From Heteronotia binoei (taxonomy: Eukaryota), in contig NC_083240.1 in NCBI RefSeq assembly GCF_032191835.1, forward strand, positions 17,546,001-17,610,000: DNA of 64,000 bases, read 5' to 3'. Position numbers and translations under genes: made by a program. Below, piece after piece: positions 1 through 12,799 of this stretch (its first letter is position 1; every line of letters starts with the position of its first letter). Below the pieces are notes generated by a model. That model did not search any database, was not told where the DNA came from, and saw only the letters and a program-made list of their open reading frames with translations.

Positions 1-176
1 TAGCCATAGCTATCACAGGAGTTGTCCTTGAAAGGGCAGCTGCTGTGAGAGCCCTCTCAGCCCCACCCACCAAACAGGGGGTCTATTGCGGGTGGAGAAG
101 ATATAGGAGATTGTAAGCCGCTCTGAGTCTCTGATTCAGAGAGAAGGGCGGGGTATAAATCTGCAGTCTTCTTCTC
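1..176 (+). mobile_element. Squam3/MIR-like SINE, 3' part
   Basis: gttgtccttgaaagggcagctgctgtgagagccctctcagccccacc...gggcggggtataaat + tcttct tail; near-identical body at 16666, 28640 and 44640. Confidence 0.8.
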
Positions 177-672
177 CCACCATCCTGTCTCCCTCACCAA
201 CCTCTTTTGCTCTCTAAACAGCTCCTCTCAACAGACCATCCCTATTTTCCTTCCCTCTTTTGATTAATGTACCAACTAATATTTTTTCTGCATAGTTGAG
301 GAATCTCAAAAGTAAGCAAAGACATCAGCCATGTCCGTAGATGGCCCCAGTGTGTAGCTTACACCATCCATGTAGGAGTCAGTTTCCTTTTAACATTTGT
401 CTTAGTAGCTATCATGTATGTTCGGAACAAGTTCCCCAAGTAGACTATGAATATTTGGGGGGATAGCATATATAGCTGTGTGTAATAATTTCATGCACAC
501 TTCAAATTCAGAAGTTTTTTTAACTGAGTATATATGTAAGCTTGAAATGCCAGTGATGGCTCTTTGCTTTTATGTTATTTTGGGATTTTCATGTAGTGTG
601 CATGGATCACTGAATTCTGCCGCAGGTGCATGAGCTGTCTTCAGTAATTCTTTTTTGTTTATTTGTTTGTAG

Positions 673-790
673 ATCTCAACAGAGCCTCCAGTATCAGTTG
701 AGACGTTGGCTGATGTACCTGATCACGTGCTCAAAGGACTTCCTGAGGAAGTGAAGCTTCTTCCCTCTGCTGTTGACAAGACACGGCTTG
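673..790 (+). CDS. PRDM2: PRDM2 coding exon (human exon 3 equivalent), start of PR/SET domain
   Basis: tttgtag|ATC...CTTG|gtaagc; 118 nt; ISTEPPVSVETLADVPDHVLKGLPEEVKLLPSAVDKTRL(G). Missed by the ORF track. Confidence 0.96.
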
Positions 791-1732
791 GTAAGCATAT
801 CTGAAAGTAAATGGTGTGCGGAGAGGTTAGTAGAACTGGATATGTTGAGGAGATGGGGACTGAGGACAGTGGACAGAGATTTCCTTTGTTGAGGGCTCTT
901 TAAATTCAGAAGAACAAGAAGGGAAACTCTGATTTTGTTTCTTAAGACAAGAACTGGTGAAAGAGAACTTCAAGAAGACAGATGCAGGTAAGTTGGGAAG
1001 CAGTTCCTCATCCTGAGAGAACTTGCAGAGTTCTTCTTCTTCTGAAGGCTTTGAGGGAAAGTTTAATGGGCATTTGTTGAAATGTACTATCTTATTCAGA
1101 CTGAATGTCGTCTACCTTTGATCTAGATTCAGTAGCACTGACCAGATCCAGCCACATTTAGCTCAGCTGACTGTTGCAAATGATAGTCAAAACCTAGTCT
1201 CTATGGTTTATGTAACAGTACATTCCACCAAGATCTGAGCAGGTGAATGAGGCACAGAGTTATCTGGTAGCATGCTGTGCTCTTGGCAAGCTACCCATGT
1301 GGGGAAGTTGGAAAGCTATGCTGAAACTGATTCTGTGTTTCATTTAAAGAGGAGCACACATATGCATAGCTCTAAACTTTCACTCCTATTCCTGGCACCC
1401 AAGCAACTTTCATCTTGAAAAACGTCCTCCCGGGAGTGGGAGAGCATTCTAGGAATTAAGCCACCTGGAAGTTTTCTGCAGTTGGATAGAGAGCAGTAGC
1501 ACATTACCCATGGAGACCCAGGTGGGACAAGATGGGAGAGGTTTGTCTCCGAAGTGAGCCAGAAATGTGTTTCTATAGACTTTTCAAGATTTTGATGCAG
1601 TCCCATGTTTTCAGAAGCTGGTGGAGGCAATTCAACTCCTTAGTAGCAGCCCTCTGTTCTACTTAGAAAGCTTTTACTTAAGGAGCTGCTTTTTGTTTGT
1701 GGTTTGCAGCATCTTCTGATTCAAACACAATT

Positions 1733-1885
1733 CCACTTTGTGAACTATTGGTATTAAAGTTGTGAGCTACTGCATAAATTAGTTTGCTCTGGGGCCATTT
1801 TCCCTGAGCTAAGACAAAAATGTGTGAGCCAGAGGCTAAAAGACTGTGAGGTAGCTCACACTAACTCAGCTTAGAGGGAATACTG
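1733..1885 (-). mobile_element. hAT MITE (CAGTGTTCCCTCTAAGCTG family), one end missing
   Basis: Reverse complement of the 7781-7972 copy; ends ...cagcttagagggaatactg. Confidence 0.8.
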
Positions 1886-2139
1886 CTTCCTAGCTATATC
1901 AAAAGTGAAAGTTCATTTCCAAGTGCATGCTTATGTTTTCATCTCCATCTTACAGAAGAAATGATGTTTGCCCTTTCTCCTCTTCTTCCTTACATTACAT
2001 TAAACCAGAGAAAATAACAGGGTACAATGAGTCCCTTGATATGGGCTGCAGGTGCATATATCAGCAACATTGCTGAAGCTAAGCAGGTCTGTGTCTTGAC
2101 AGTGCCTGAAAGGGAAGCTTTTTGGGCCATGTGGAGTAC

Positions 2140-2278
2140 CTTGACTAGAACTCCAAGGAAATCTAGGGTTGCTACCCAGAGGCAGACGCTGGCAAACCAC
2201 TTCTGAACATCTCTTATCTTGAAAACCCTACAGGGTTGTCATAAACTCAGCTGTATTGAGATGGCATTATCCACTACC
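2140..2278 (+). mobile_element. Truncated 5S-derived SINE / RTE-type tail
   Basis: ggcaaaccacttctgaacatctcttatcttgaaaaccctacagggttgtcataa matches the 3' half of the 30118 and 30333 copies. Confidence 0.6.
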
Positions 2279-2390
2279 AATTATTTCTTGCATTCCTTAT
2301 GCCATCTGTGCTCATCTCTGCAAAGTCTTGAAGTGTGAAAACCGCCTGGGTTTGAGGAGGCTAATTGGAGTTTCTGCTTTGACCTTTCAG

Positions 2391-2494
2391 GTGTCTGGGC
2401 TACAAAGCCAATTTTCAAAGGCAGAAAGTTTGGACCTTTTGTTGGTGACAAGAAGAAAAGATCTCAAGTTAAGAGCAATGTGTACATGTGGGAG
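2391..2494 (+). CDS. PRDM2: PRDM2 coding exon (exon 4 equivalent), PR/SET domain
   Basis: ctttcag|GTGTC...GAG|gtaaga; 104 nt; (G)VWATKPIFKGRKFGPFVGDKKKRSQVKSNVYMWE; phase fits the previous exon. Confidence 0.97.
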
Positions 2495-4566
2495 GTAAGA
2501 ACTGATGGAAAGCGTTTCCAGTGAGGAAGCTGTATATGGGAAAGCTTCATTCTATGTAAATGCTGGTTTGATTCATTTGTATTGTGTCCTACTTCCTGGC
2601 TCCCAAAGTGCCCCTGGAACAGCTGTTAGTAACCATAAAATGTATACATAAATTCATAAAGCATTCAAAGCAATATGAAAATACATTATCATTAGTTGGC
2701 TGTCACTGAAAATGTCTGTGATCCTAAAACATCAAATGTTATTGATTTTTTTTTGTAAGCCTGATCAGCATACTAATGCTGCAAGATCTTATCTGTGCAA
2801 TGCCAGTCCCATGGAGGTTTCCATGGGTGGAAGAACCACCACTGGGGGCAGGAATGAGCTCCTTAGTAGTAGTGTAGCAGCCTCTGGAACAGTATAAATG
2901 CAACACATGCACCTGTTACAGAGAGATGGGCTATGCTGTAGCTCATTTAGCGCACAAGGAGAATAGGACACACCCACCCTTTGCTGCATACTGCATATTT
3001 ATCCTGTGCTAGGTGTAGGGGAAGGAAGGGTTGTTCAGCTGCTGAAGTTTCTCCATATTGTGATTGGGAGAAACACGTTCAGCCATGAGACAAGCAGAAG
3101 TCCTGCTCTGAGTCGTCCTGGTTTTGCATTTCCTTCCTTACCTATGTGAGGTGTTTTGTCCTTGCCATCCCCAGTAGCAAGAGTGAAGATGGAGAACAGT
3201 GAAACAAGGCGCTTGTCAGAGTTTTTAGAAGTCTAGTGCTATTTGCATGCTCATCTTTTTTAGGTGTCAGCGCTGGCTGTTGTTTGAGCAGAAGTCCCCC
3301 TTTCTAAAGTCCCTCCTTCGCAAGAGAGTCAGGAGTTAGGACTGTTTGCCCGCCCCTCCCCTCCCCACCTGGGGCACACCTTCAAACAGAAGCAGTCTGG
3401 TTCAGTTTTTTAAAATTAATTTCGTTGCTTCATGATAAGTAATTTGTTTTGGTAATTAGTGTAAGTATTAAAGTAACATAAGCCTCCAACTTGTTGAATA
3501 GTGTAAGTTTGAATAAAATCAATGCTGTGGTCCAGTCTTTTCATCAAATACTTAATCCTGCTCAGGAGTCAATTAAGTTGGGGGCTACTTCCAAGTAAAT
3601 ATTCATAGGTTTCAGCTATAGTTGTGCCCTTGTGGAATTTTTGCTCTGCCTTGGCATCCAAAGTGAAGGGATTTTTTTTAAAAAAATCTCTTAATTGTCC
3701 ACTTTTTTGTCCCCCCCTTTTATTCTGATCATTCCCAAACCTGACTTGATATGAACTCTTTGGAATTATTATTCAAAGAATGTTTTCATGCCACATGGAC
3801 AGGAAGGTTCACATGTTTAAAGATCCCACGCACATTGGTGCCATTGTCCTTGCCTCAGCCACCTGTGGCTACCATTCCCCCACAACTGAATGGGATACAC
3901 AGTTTGGGGCTTTTTAAGAATCAGTGTCAGAGGATAGCTGTGTTGGTCTGCATGAGAATAGCTAGATCTGAATCCAGGAGCACCTGGATTTTCAGGGTAT
4001 GAACTTTGGATAGTCAAAGCCCCCTTCATCAGATAGCATTACAACATTTTAAAAACATGTTCTTTGCTTTTACTTCTCCACAAAAGTGCTTTAGTAAGTT
4101 GTAACCATAGAAAATATTAATAGAATCAGGTGGCCCAACAAAAATATCCTTGTTTATAGTTTATGAGCTTTAAGGCAGGCCTACACTCTGCTACAAATCT
4201 GAGTGTGTGACTTTGGGCCTTTCTCTCTGTCTGTCTGTCTGTCTCTCTCTTTCTCCCTAGCCTACCTCACAGGGTGGTTGTTCAGATAAATGGTAGGAGT
4301 GGACCATATACACTACCCTGAAATCCTTGGAGGAAGGGCAGATTAATCTAAGAAGGTTACTGTTTGTGGACGAATGACTTAAGTAAACACAATGACAGGA
4401 CCAGTACTGTGGGATTTTTAAAATAACTGGCAAGAGCTAATACTTCATGTACTTGTCATGGGAAGCTGACACTTGTAAAATCAAGATTTGTTTAAGCAGC
4501 TAATATTTAGCACTGAGTGCATCCAAACCTCAAAAAAGTCTGATCTGTGTATTGTTAGTGTCTGTG

Positions 4567-4868
4567 TAGTGACACAGAGTGGTAAAGCTACAGTACTGCA
4601 GTCCGAGCTCTTCTCACGACCTGAGTTTGATCCCGGCAGAAGCTGGGTTCAGGTAGCCAACTCAAGGTTGACTCAGCCTTCCATCCTTCCAAGGTCAGTA
4701 AAATGAGTTACCCAGCTTGCTGGGGGGGCAGGGAGGAGTGTAGATGACTGGGGAAGGCAATGGCAAACCACCCCATAAAAAAATGTCTGCCACGAAAATA
4801 TTGTGATGCGACGTCACCCCAGAGTTGGAAACGACTGGTGCTTGCACAGGGGACTACCTTTACCTTTT
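4567..4868 (+). mobile_element. Sauria-type SINE
   Basis: tRNA-like head (cagagtggtaaagct...gagtttgatccc), body ggttgactcagccttccatccttcc, BovB-like tail ggcaatggcaaaccacc and (acctt) end. Confidence 0.82.
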
Positions 4869-5010
4869 TAGTATTAAATAAGCAGAAGCTTTGTTTTCTG
4901 TTGAAACATCAAAATAACTGATATAACCTTGTACACTATAGGAAGAATGATAGTGCACTCTCTCGTGATCAGTAACTTTGGTTCTCTTCTCTTTCCCACA
5001 ACCCTCCAAG

Positions 5011-5163
5011 GTCTATTACCCAAACTTGGGATGGATGTGTGTTGATGCTACAGATCCCAAGAAGGGAAATTGGCTCCGCTATGTAAACTGGGCACGTTCT
5101 GGAAAGGAGCAGAATCTCTTCCCTTTGGAGATCAACAGAACCATTTACTACAAAACCTTAAAG
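5011..5163 (+). CDS. PRDM2: PRDM2 coding exon (exon 5 equivalent), PR/SET core
   Basis: ctccaag|GTC...AAG|gtagcc; 153 nt; VYYPNLGWMCVDATDPKKGNWLRYVNWARSGKEQNLFPLEINRTIYYKTLK contains the PR-domain NWxRYVN..EQNL signature. Confidence 0.97.
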
Positions 5164-5819
5164 GTAGCCATGCTTCTGTGTCCATCTTGTTGTTGAATGT
5201 CTGTTCTTTCCTGTTGCTTTCTCTTTAAAAATTGCTTTGGATTAGAGCAGGAAAGGGGAAACAACCTAATCGGTATGAAAGGTCATGTTTGAAACCTTGA
5301 GTCTTGGGTGTATGTGCAAACGAAACTCCAGTGCCCATCTTCAGCAGCAGCCTGTGTTAAAGTCCACTGCAGTTGTCTACTGGGAGTTCTGGATGGCTGT
5401 CTTAGTACCCTGATCTGAGAAGAAAGTCTGAATGGCTCATCACCCAAAGTGGATGGATAGAAAGTTGCCATTTGAAAATCAAGTAGCACAATCCAGAGTT
5501 GCCAGACTTCTTTAGTGCAAATGAGATGCTATCCAAAGCCAGCATTCCCACTTTTCACATACTTAGATACACCACCCATCAGTATACCACCTGTCACTAC
5601 TTAGCTTGCATTGTGCTTTTGGTTGCTCCAGCTTAAAAGGATTTTATGGTGAATTGTACCTAGAGTCACTGGGAAGTTCAGAACTGACATAGCTTACAAT
5701 CTGTTGGTGGAAGATGTGGATAGTCACCAATCTTCCCAGCTTTCCCCTCTTCCCAGCAGCTACTTCTGATCTCAAGAAGGATTATTCCTAGGATGTTGGC
5801 ACCCACATGGAATAATAAT

Positions 5820-5988
5820 CAGGTCAGTTTGGCCAGGGATCCTGGAGGGTTTTTTTGACATCTTCTGGACTTGGAGCAGGGATTACTAGAGGTGTGGTGG
5901 GAGGAAGGAGGTATTTGTGAATTTCCTGCACTGTGCAGGGGGTTGGGCTAAATGGCCCTGGAGGTTCCTTCCAACTCTATGATTTTAT
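5820..5988 (+). mobile_element. CR1 LINE 3' end
   Basis: ctgcactgtgcagggggttgggctaaatggccctggaggttccttccaactctatgatt, same terminus as 55316-55620. Confidence 0.7.
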
Positions 5989-7780
5989 AGTTGCTCTTTT
6001 CAAACTCAGCAATCTTAGTTCATCCATTAGAGAAGCAAAATGCTTTTTCTGTCATAGTTTATACTTGGAATTGAACAGGGTGTTGCAAAATCAGCATCCT
6101 ATGAGAGGCCCAGGAACCATGCTGTGGCCAAGAAAGGCACGTTGGAAGTGGTACAACGATCCCCAAGGTTTGCACCAACCTGAGAGCTCACACTTAAGGA
6201 TGGGAGTTGTTTGTGGCCTCCTTTAATACTACAGGAACTGCACTCTCTGCTGACACTGTGTTTAATTCAAGCAGTTAGCACAGGGCTTTGTTTTTTTCAG
6301 CAAGGTGTAAACAGCCAGCCAGGAAGTGCAAAGGTCCAGTGAGCATGAGGGAAGCTGCAACTCTCCAAGGGTGCTTGTAATCCAGAACAGAATTCAGAAG
6401 TGATTTTATCCTTTTGAAGAGCTGCTAGAGCCATCGAAACAAATGAAACCAATTTTTTTCCCTTTGCAAAAGCATCTTACTGGAATTGTCATAAGCTGCC
6501 AAATGGCATTTCTCCAGTGGCAAGAGCTTGGATAAAAAAGCCCTTGTATCATTTGTGAAACCTCTGCCAGAAGGTGGTGTGGAGACAGCGTTAATTGGGA
6601 AAAGAAGTCTCTTACCTGCCTCAGAACAGGCTTTCAAGTGAGCTTTCAGCTATGGTAGGCTATACTTGACCTGAGCTTTCCACTGCTTCGGCTGCCTCAT
6701 TTGTTGCTTTTTTGCCCATAGCTCCTCTTATATCTGGCTTTGTTACCTGGTCAGAGGGCAGGTAGAATCAATCATATTTGATGGTCCAGGACTGCTATTT
6801 AATTCCATACATTCACTAAATCAAAGGCAGGAAGACTTACAAAATGAGCCCACGGTTCTTCCAGGTCCTGTCAGAAGCCTAAAGTAGTCACTACTATGTA
6901 CCATTTTAATTGTTCATACACCATTGTAGTGGTTACGTCCCTCTGCAGCAAGTGACTTAACCACTAATGATCGCTCTGATCAGTTCAGCATACCAGAAAA
7001 CCACTTCCTGTTGGGTTTTGTTTTTTTTGTTTACTTTAAAAAATGTTGTTTTGGCAAAAAATATCCAGAAGGTAATTTGGAAGCTATTTTTGTTCTTTTC
7101 ATGGTCCCCGTGGCTTGTGTTTGTTTCATAATAAATTAGTCTCCCCTTCCCAGTACTAATTACTGGCTCAAGTACATTCTGAAGATAAAAGCGTTTTTTG
7201 CCATTGCATGAGCTAGGAGAACTTTCTAATTAGGCGGAGGCCTAAGCTATTTTAACAGAGGGTATTTCTGTCTTTAATTTTGGTAGGGAAAGATAAATAA
7301 AACCTCAGGATAATTTGTTGCCAGTTTCACACAAAATGAGGCACTGCACTGGTGCAGGAGTCAAAACCATGACATATATTGGGCCAGTCCAATCCTAGGC
7401 CATCTGGAGAAGGGATTGATCTCTCATTTTTCTGTGGATTAGCCACATACCTTCTGCTGGAGAGAGAACCTTGGGTTCATGCTTGGTTGATTGGCCTGCA
7501 ATTGAATGTAGATTATACATTTTAGGGATTGTCTTGAAATTGTTGAAGGTCTATTGCCAAAGCTAGGAAGAGTCACAGAATGAGCCCACGTACCTTCCAG
7601 AGCAACTCAGGAACCTGAAGGATTAATTAGTAGCAGTTTTAATCAAACCTTCAGCAGCTGAGTCTCTGGACTGAGTCCCCTCTAATCTCCAAGATGCACT
7701 AAATGAGTTGGAGTGTATTAATGAAAGCACTGGAATGGCCAGATTCTGTTGACTCCTCTTCGACCACTGACAGTAGGGAC

Positions 7781-7972
7781 CAGTGTTCCCTCTAAGCTGA
7801 GTTAGTGTGAGCTAGCTACAGTTTTTAGCCTCTGGCTCACACATTTTTGTCTTAGCTCATGAAAAATGGCCCCAGAGTCAACTAATTTATACACTAGCTC
7901 ACAACTTTAATGCTAGTAGCTCACAAAGTAGAATTTCTGCTCACAAGACTCCACAACTTAGAGGCAACATTG
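7781..7972 (+). mobile_element. Complete 192 bp hAT MITE
   Basis: TIRs cagtgttccctctaagctg / cttagaggcaacattg; perfect 8 bp TSD GTAGGGAC (7773-7780, 7973-7980). Confidence 0.92.
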
Positions 7973-9160
7973 GTAGGGACTAGGGGTACAATATTCCAAG
8001 AGTCTGTGATGGTTTCAAGGATCCAGGTAAGGTGTTGCTAGGGATAATAGCAACATACCTGTTCTAATGGAGCATGCATGTGCCATTGGAATGGGGGTGG
8101 GGAGAGAGGTTCATTGTCTTGGGGGCCTGTGATGGCAACTCTGGTGCTCTTCTAATCTAAAAAGCTGCAAAAATCAGGATCATAGATTGACAAATAAGTC
8201 TCCCCTTAAATAATTGTGAAGTGAGGCTTGGTGAGACAAAACACACCTCATGTACTTACCAATGGGCCAGTATGGAATGTGGGGAAAAAAATTCTTGGGG
8301 CACTGGTGGATTTTGCTTTGACAAAGATTTGAACTGCCAATGGCTTTGGATCAGCTCCTATTTGATGAGTTGCTGTTTGCTTAATCTCTTTCTCCTGCTG
8401 CCATTCAGAATGCACAGCGTGTCACCGAACTTTTACGGACGGCTCTTTCCACCTCAGTGGAAGCTCTGCTGGCAGGCTACCAAAGATAAAGTTCCAGCCT
8501 CCAAAGCTTGAAGTGTCAAAAAGAGGCTGTTCTTCGAGGCAGTGCTTTTGAGGGTTTGGAGAGGGAGGTTTGCTCCATAAATGAGGACTGTCCCAAGAAA
8601 TAAGGGAAGCTGTCCCTTTAGAGCAGCATGGAAAAGAACTGGGGGAGGCTGCTTTCTTAAGGTGTGCATGCACACACTGAGCTGCATTCCTTATGCCAAC
8701 TTGTAATATGTCCAGCAACTCCTGTTCTCTGAAGCTGGGTCTGACTTTGAAGACTGTTGGGGAATCACAGCTGGTAGAGAATGCCACTGCCTATCCAATT
8801 GCAGACGTAGTTTGGCGGCACACATGTCAGCCATTCTAAAGCATCTGCATTGGGCTATCAGTTTGTTTCCGAACCCAGTTCAAAGCTGTTGGTTTTTGAC
8901 CTGAAAAACTTTGTATGTCTTGGGGGAGCACCATCTCCTTCAATTCACTCATCCCACATCCTTAAGGCCTATTATTAGGCCTTTCTTTTGGTCCAGCACG
9001 GTCACCTACTTGGTAAAAGACCTGTTCTTTTGTGGCTCTGGAGTTGTAGACTGAGAGTCATTTGTATAAACAATAAGGTCTTGAGTTTCATTCGGGGCAG
9101 AGGGATTAGATTCCAAGTCCTCTTGAAAGCAGGTTTTGTTGGTCAAGACAGAGACGTTCA

Positions 9161-9494
9161 AGAGAAAGAAGTACTTTTCTCCCTTTCTCACAGTACAAGA
9201 ACTCGTGGGCATTCGATGAAATTGCTGAGCAGACAGGTTAAAACGGATAAAAGGAAGTACTTCTTCATCCAAAGGGTGATTAACATGTGGAATTCACTGC
9301 CACAGGAGGTGGTGGCGGCCACAAGTATAGCCACCTTCAAGAGGGGTTTAGATAAAAATATGGAGCACAGGTCCATCAGTGGCTATTAGCCACAGTGTGT
9401 GTGTATATATACAATTTTTTGCCACTGTGTGACACAGAGTGTTGGACTGGATGGGCCGTTGGCCTGATCCAACATGGCTTCTCTTATGTTCTTA
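9161..9494 (+). mobile_element. CR1 LINE 3' end with ORF2 C-terminus
   Basis: Translates RTRGHSMKL...KYFFIQRVINMWNSLPQEVVAA...FKRGLDK; ends atggcttctcttatgttctta. Confidence 0.88.
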
Positions 9495-12400
9495 AGCCGG
9501 ATCTTTCCCCTTCTTTCCTCACACTACAACAGAGCTCATTCTGTCTCATTTAGTGTTTTACCATAGTGAGGAGGGATGCAGCATGTAAGTCTTCTAGTTG
9601 TCATTGGAACAAATGCAAAGCAACTTTATGGCCTGTAGATCAGGGGGGGAAAGGCTGAAATTTAAGGAGATTCATTTGTGTGTGTTTTCCACATCGGTAC
9701 CCGGGCTGGCTTCCCAGTTTGTTTGCAGCCTACTGCAAGGTGTTGAGTTTGAACTATAATCCTGTATTGTCTGAAACTTGTGCACCTAACCAAACTGGAT
9801 ATGACACTGGGTGTTCCGTGAAGTGGGCTCCAGGCATTTTATTTTTCTCTAAAGGGATATGTGCAAGCCCACTTTGGGTCAGAGCCAAGGCACAAAGGAA
9901 GAGAGAATTTAAGCTTTTCCCCCAATTTTTCCCAGCCTGAGGAAGAACACCCTAGAGCTGCTATTTAGTTCACTGAGAAAAACATACAGGTAACTCATAA
10001 GTAAATGTTTCCTCAGAGCCATGTCAGGTTGGGGAAATGATGCAGGAAGAAAGGCATACCTCCTTCCCTTCAGACCCAATCCAAATCAAACCCTCGTAGA
10101 TCATTTTAAAGAAACTCTGGAGTTCTGTTTGCAGAATGTCCAGTGTCATTCTTGACTTTTGTTCCTTGTGTTGAACTTCCCAGCATCTTTATTGGCTAAA
10201 CCAGATTCCAGTTCAGCAGGCACCAAACCTGATTCAGCTGCCTTCTCTCTCTGCCATACGAACATCTGCCACTGGAAGTGGGGTCTTTACAGCTGTGGCC
10301 GCAAAGCTGTTTAATACCCTCCCTTTGTAACTGAGGAATTGTTCCTGTTTGCTTGCATTTTGAAAAACTTTCTTTTGCATCTGCTGTGTTAGGTTCCCCT
10401 CTAGGAGGATGGTTTGTGATTGAGTTATATATAAGTGTTTGTTTTCTGTTTCTGTTATTGTTTTCTCTTTGTTATTTAGCTGCATGGAAAGCAACATGCA
10501 ATTTTCAAAATACTTTTTAAAAATTCTGGTTTTGTTTTTATTTTGATTTTACAACCTTCTCAGAGTGTTATGAGAATTAATCATGTATATCAATCAGCAA
10601 ATAATATCACAACTAAACCCATCCCCAACTTGAAAATTGATAATCAACTTTCCTAGGATCAGTACAGCTTAAACCTACTCTCTAACTGTATAGATAATAC
10701 TTTAAGTAACTACAGTCCTTATAATCTTATAACAAAGAAGTTTGTGGGCAATGCTGAATGAAATTTCTGAAGCAATGCCAGGTGGAATTTCTAGTGGTTG
10801 GGGACTGGGCTTTTATTCCATGCAGAATCTGAGCATATGCTGATGCAGTCACCAAGATACTTTATACCAAGCTGAACTGCTAGTTTTGTTGTGTACTGTG
10901 ATTTACAGCAACTCTCTTGGATCCTGGGCCAAGAAGGGTCTATTCCTGTTACCCATTCACTGAGGTCCTTTAAAGTGAAAGTAGCAAGGAACAAAGCTGA
11001 GATCTTAGATCCACAAAGCAGTTTTTAGCCACTGAACCAGGCTTGCTTTAAACCTGCTTATCTCGAATCCAGGCCTGAAAGTATGCATGCATGCTTTAGA
11101 GCTCCACTGATCTCATATACAGTGTAGACATGGGACTCTTATTTTAGAGTGGATTACAATTTAAGTAAAATGAACAAGTTTTTTTTTAAAAAGAAACTTT
11201 TGTCAAATAACAAGATATGCAGGGAAAAATGGGGAAAGAAAGAAATTTGCATATATGAAAAATTAATATTTGCCATAGAACTTAGCAGAAAACTAATGTA
11301 TATCAAATACTCTTTGGTGTAAGACCATTTTTGCCTTGTGCCTGAAGGGGGCCAACAATGATGGTGGGATGGAGAACAAAATATATATTTATAATTGTCA
11401 GGGACTTATGTTGATTCCCCACTCCCACCTTTCTACAAAGTTGCTGTAAGTCAGCTGCAACTTGACAGCAATTTCCTCCAACCCTCCGGCTTTCAGTATG
11501 CGTGCTTTGGAACGAAGGTGGAAGAACTGTGCAGAGAAGAGGATTTTATCCGACCCTTCCTCCTCAGAGCTTGTCTTGGCATATGTGTTTCTTCTCCGCT
11601 CTGCTTTATCCTCACAATCTTAGAAAATATTTGTTTATATGTATTAGACGTTTTAAATCGATGCCCACCCATAAAATAGAAAAACAATAACATAAAACAA
11701 ATATAAAATATTAAGATCAAAATATTAAACTATCAGATAGATCAGACTGTGAAAGGTTGGCTGCCCCAAGCTCACCTTGTGAGCTTACCTCATGGCTGAG
11801 TGAAGATTTGAACCTGATTATTCCCATTCCCAGTCGAGCACTCTAACCACCATAGTGCCCCAGTTCTCAGCCTTCCCCTGAGGCAAAACTGAACAATTGC
11901 TGGGCAAAGTAGAGCAATGCACTTGGTCATTTTCACTGTCTCCCTGCATCAGTAATGAGTCTGAAATGGGGCATAAGGACTGAAACTCACGAATTGAGCT
12001 TCCAGAGTGGTCAGTTTCTTCTTCCCTTTGAAAACCTTTCAGATTAGTTTGTACATGGTGATGCCATAATCCTGTGACATCCATGCCTTCTCTCTAGCTA
12101 GGAAAAGAACTATATTTTTGTGGTCGTTAGAAGGGATATTAAAAATATGAAATGAATTGAATTGAGGTTCCTTGTACCACTGTTGTGTAGTGATCTGGGA
12201 GACCCAGGTTTGAATTCTCACTCTGCCACAGAAGCTTGCTGGGTGATTTTGGGCCAGTCACACACTCTTAGCCTAACCTCCCTCCCAGGACAGTTGTTAC
12301 GAGGATAAAATAGAGGGAGTGAGAATAATGTAAGCTGCTTTGAGACCTAGTTGGGGTTTAAGATGGGGTATAATTGAAGTAAATGCAAAGCACTTTTTAC

Positions 12401-12799
12401 AGTCAGGTGTTTCACAAATTTTAACTGCAGTCTTCATGACAGCTGTGTAAGATTAAGCCACTGTCATTATCCCCGTATTGTGGCTGGTGGGCTGAAAACC
12501 TTAACAATGATCACTCAGATCGTGGGTTTGTGTGTAGCATAATTTGTTTTACTGTGTTTTTATTCTGCCTTTCCTCCAAGATGCTTTATTGAATGAGTTC
12601 TATTGCAGTGTGAAGGTTTAAACCCAGCTTTCAGCGGTTTTAGTTTGACAGTCTAGTGACTACACCACTTGGGTGCTCAGGGGACATGTATTTGCTAATC
12701 AGGCTTTAAAAGCAATGCAGACCTAGATAAATAAAATTTCTTAGTTTCCGCCTTGTAAATTTCTATTCTCGGGCTCCCCTCCTCTGCCTTCCCAAAATG

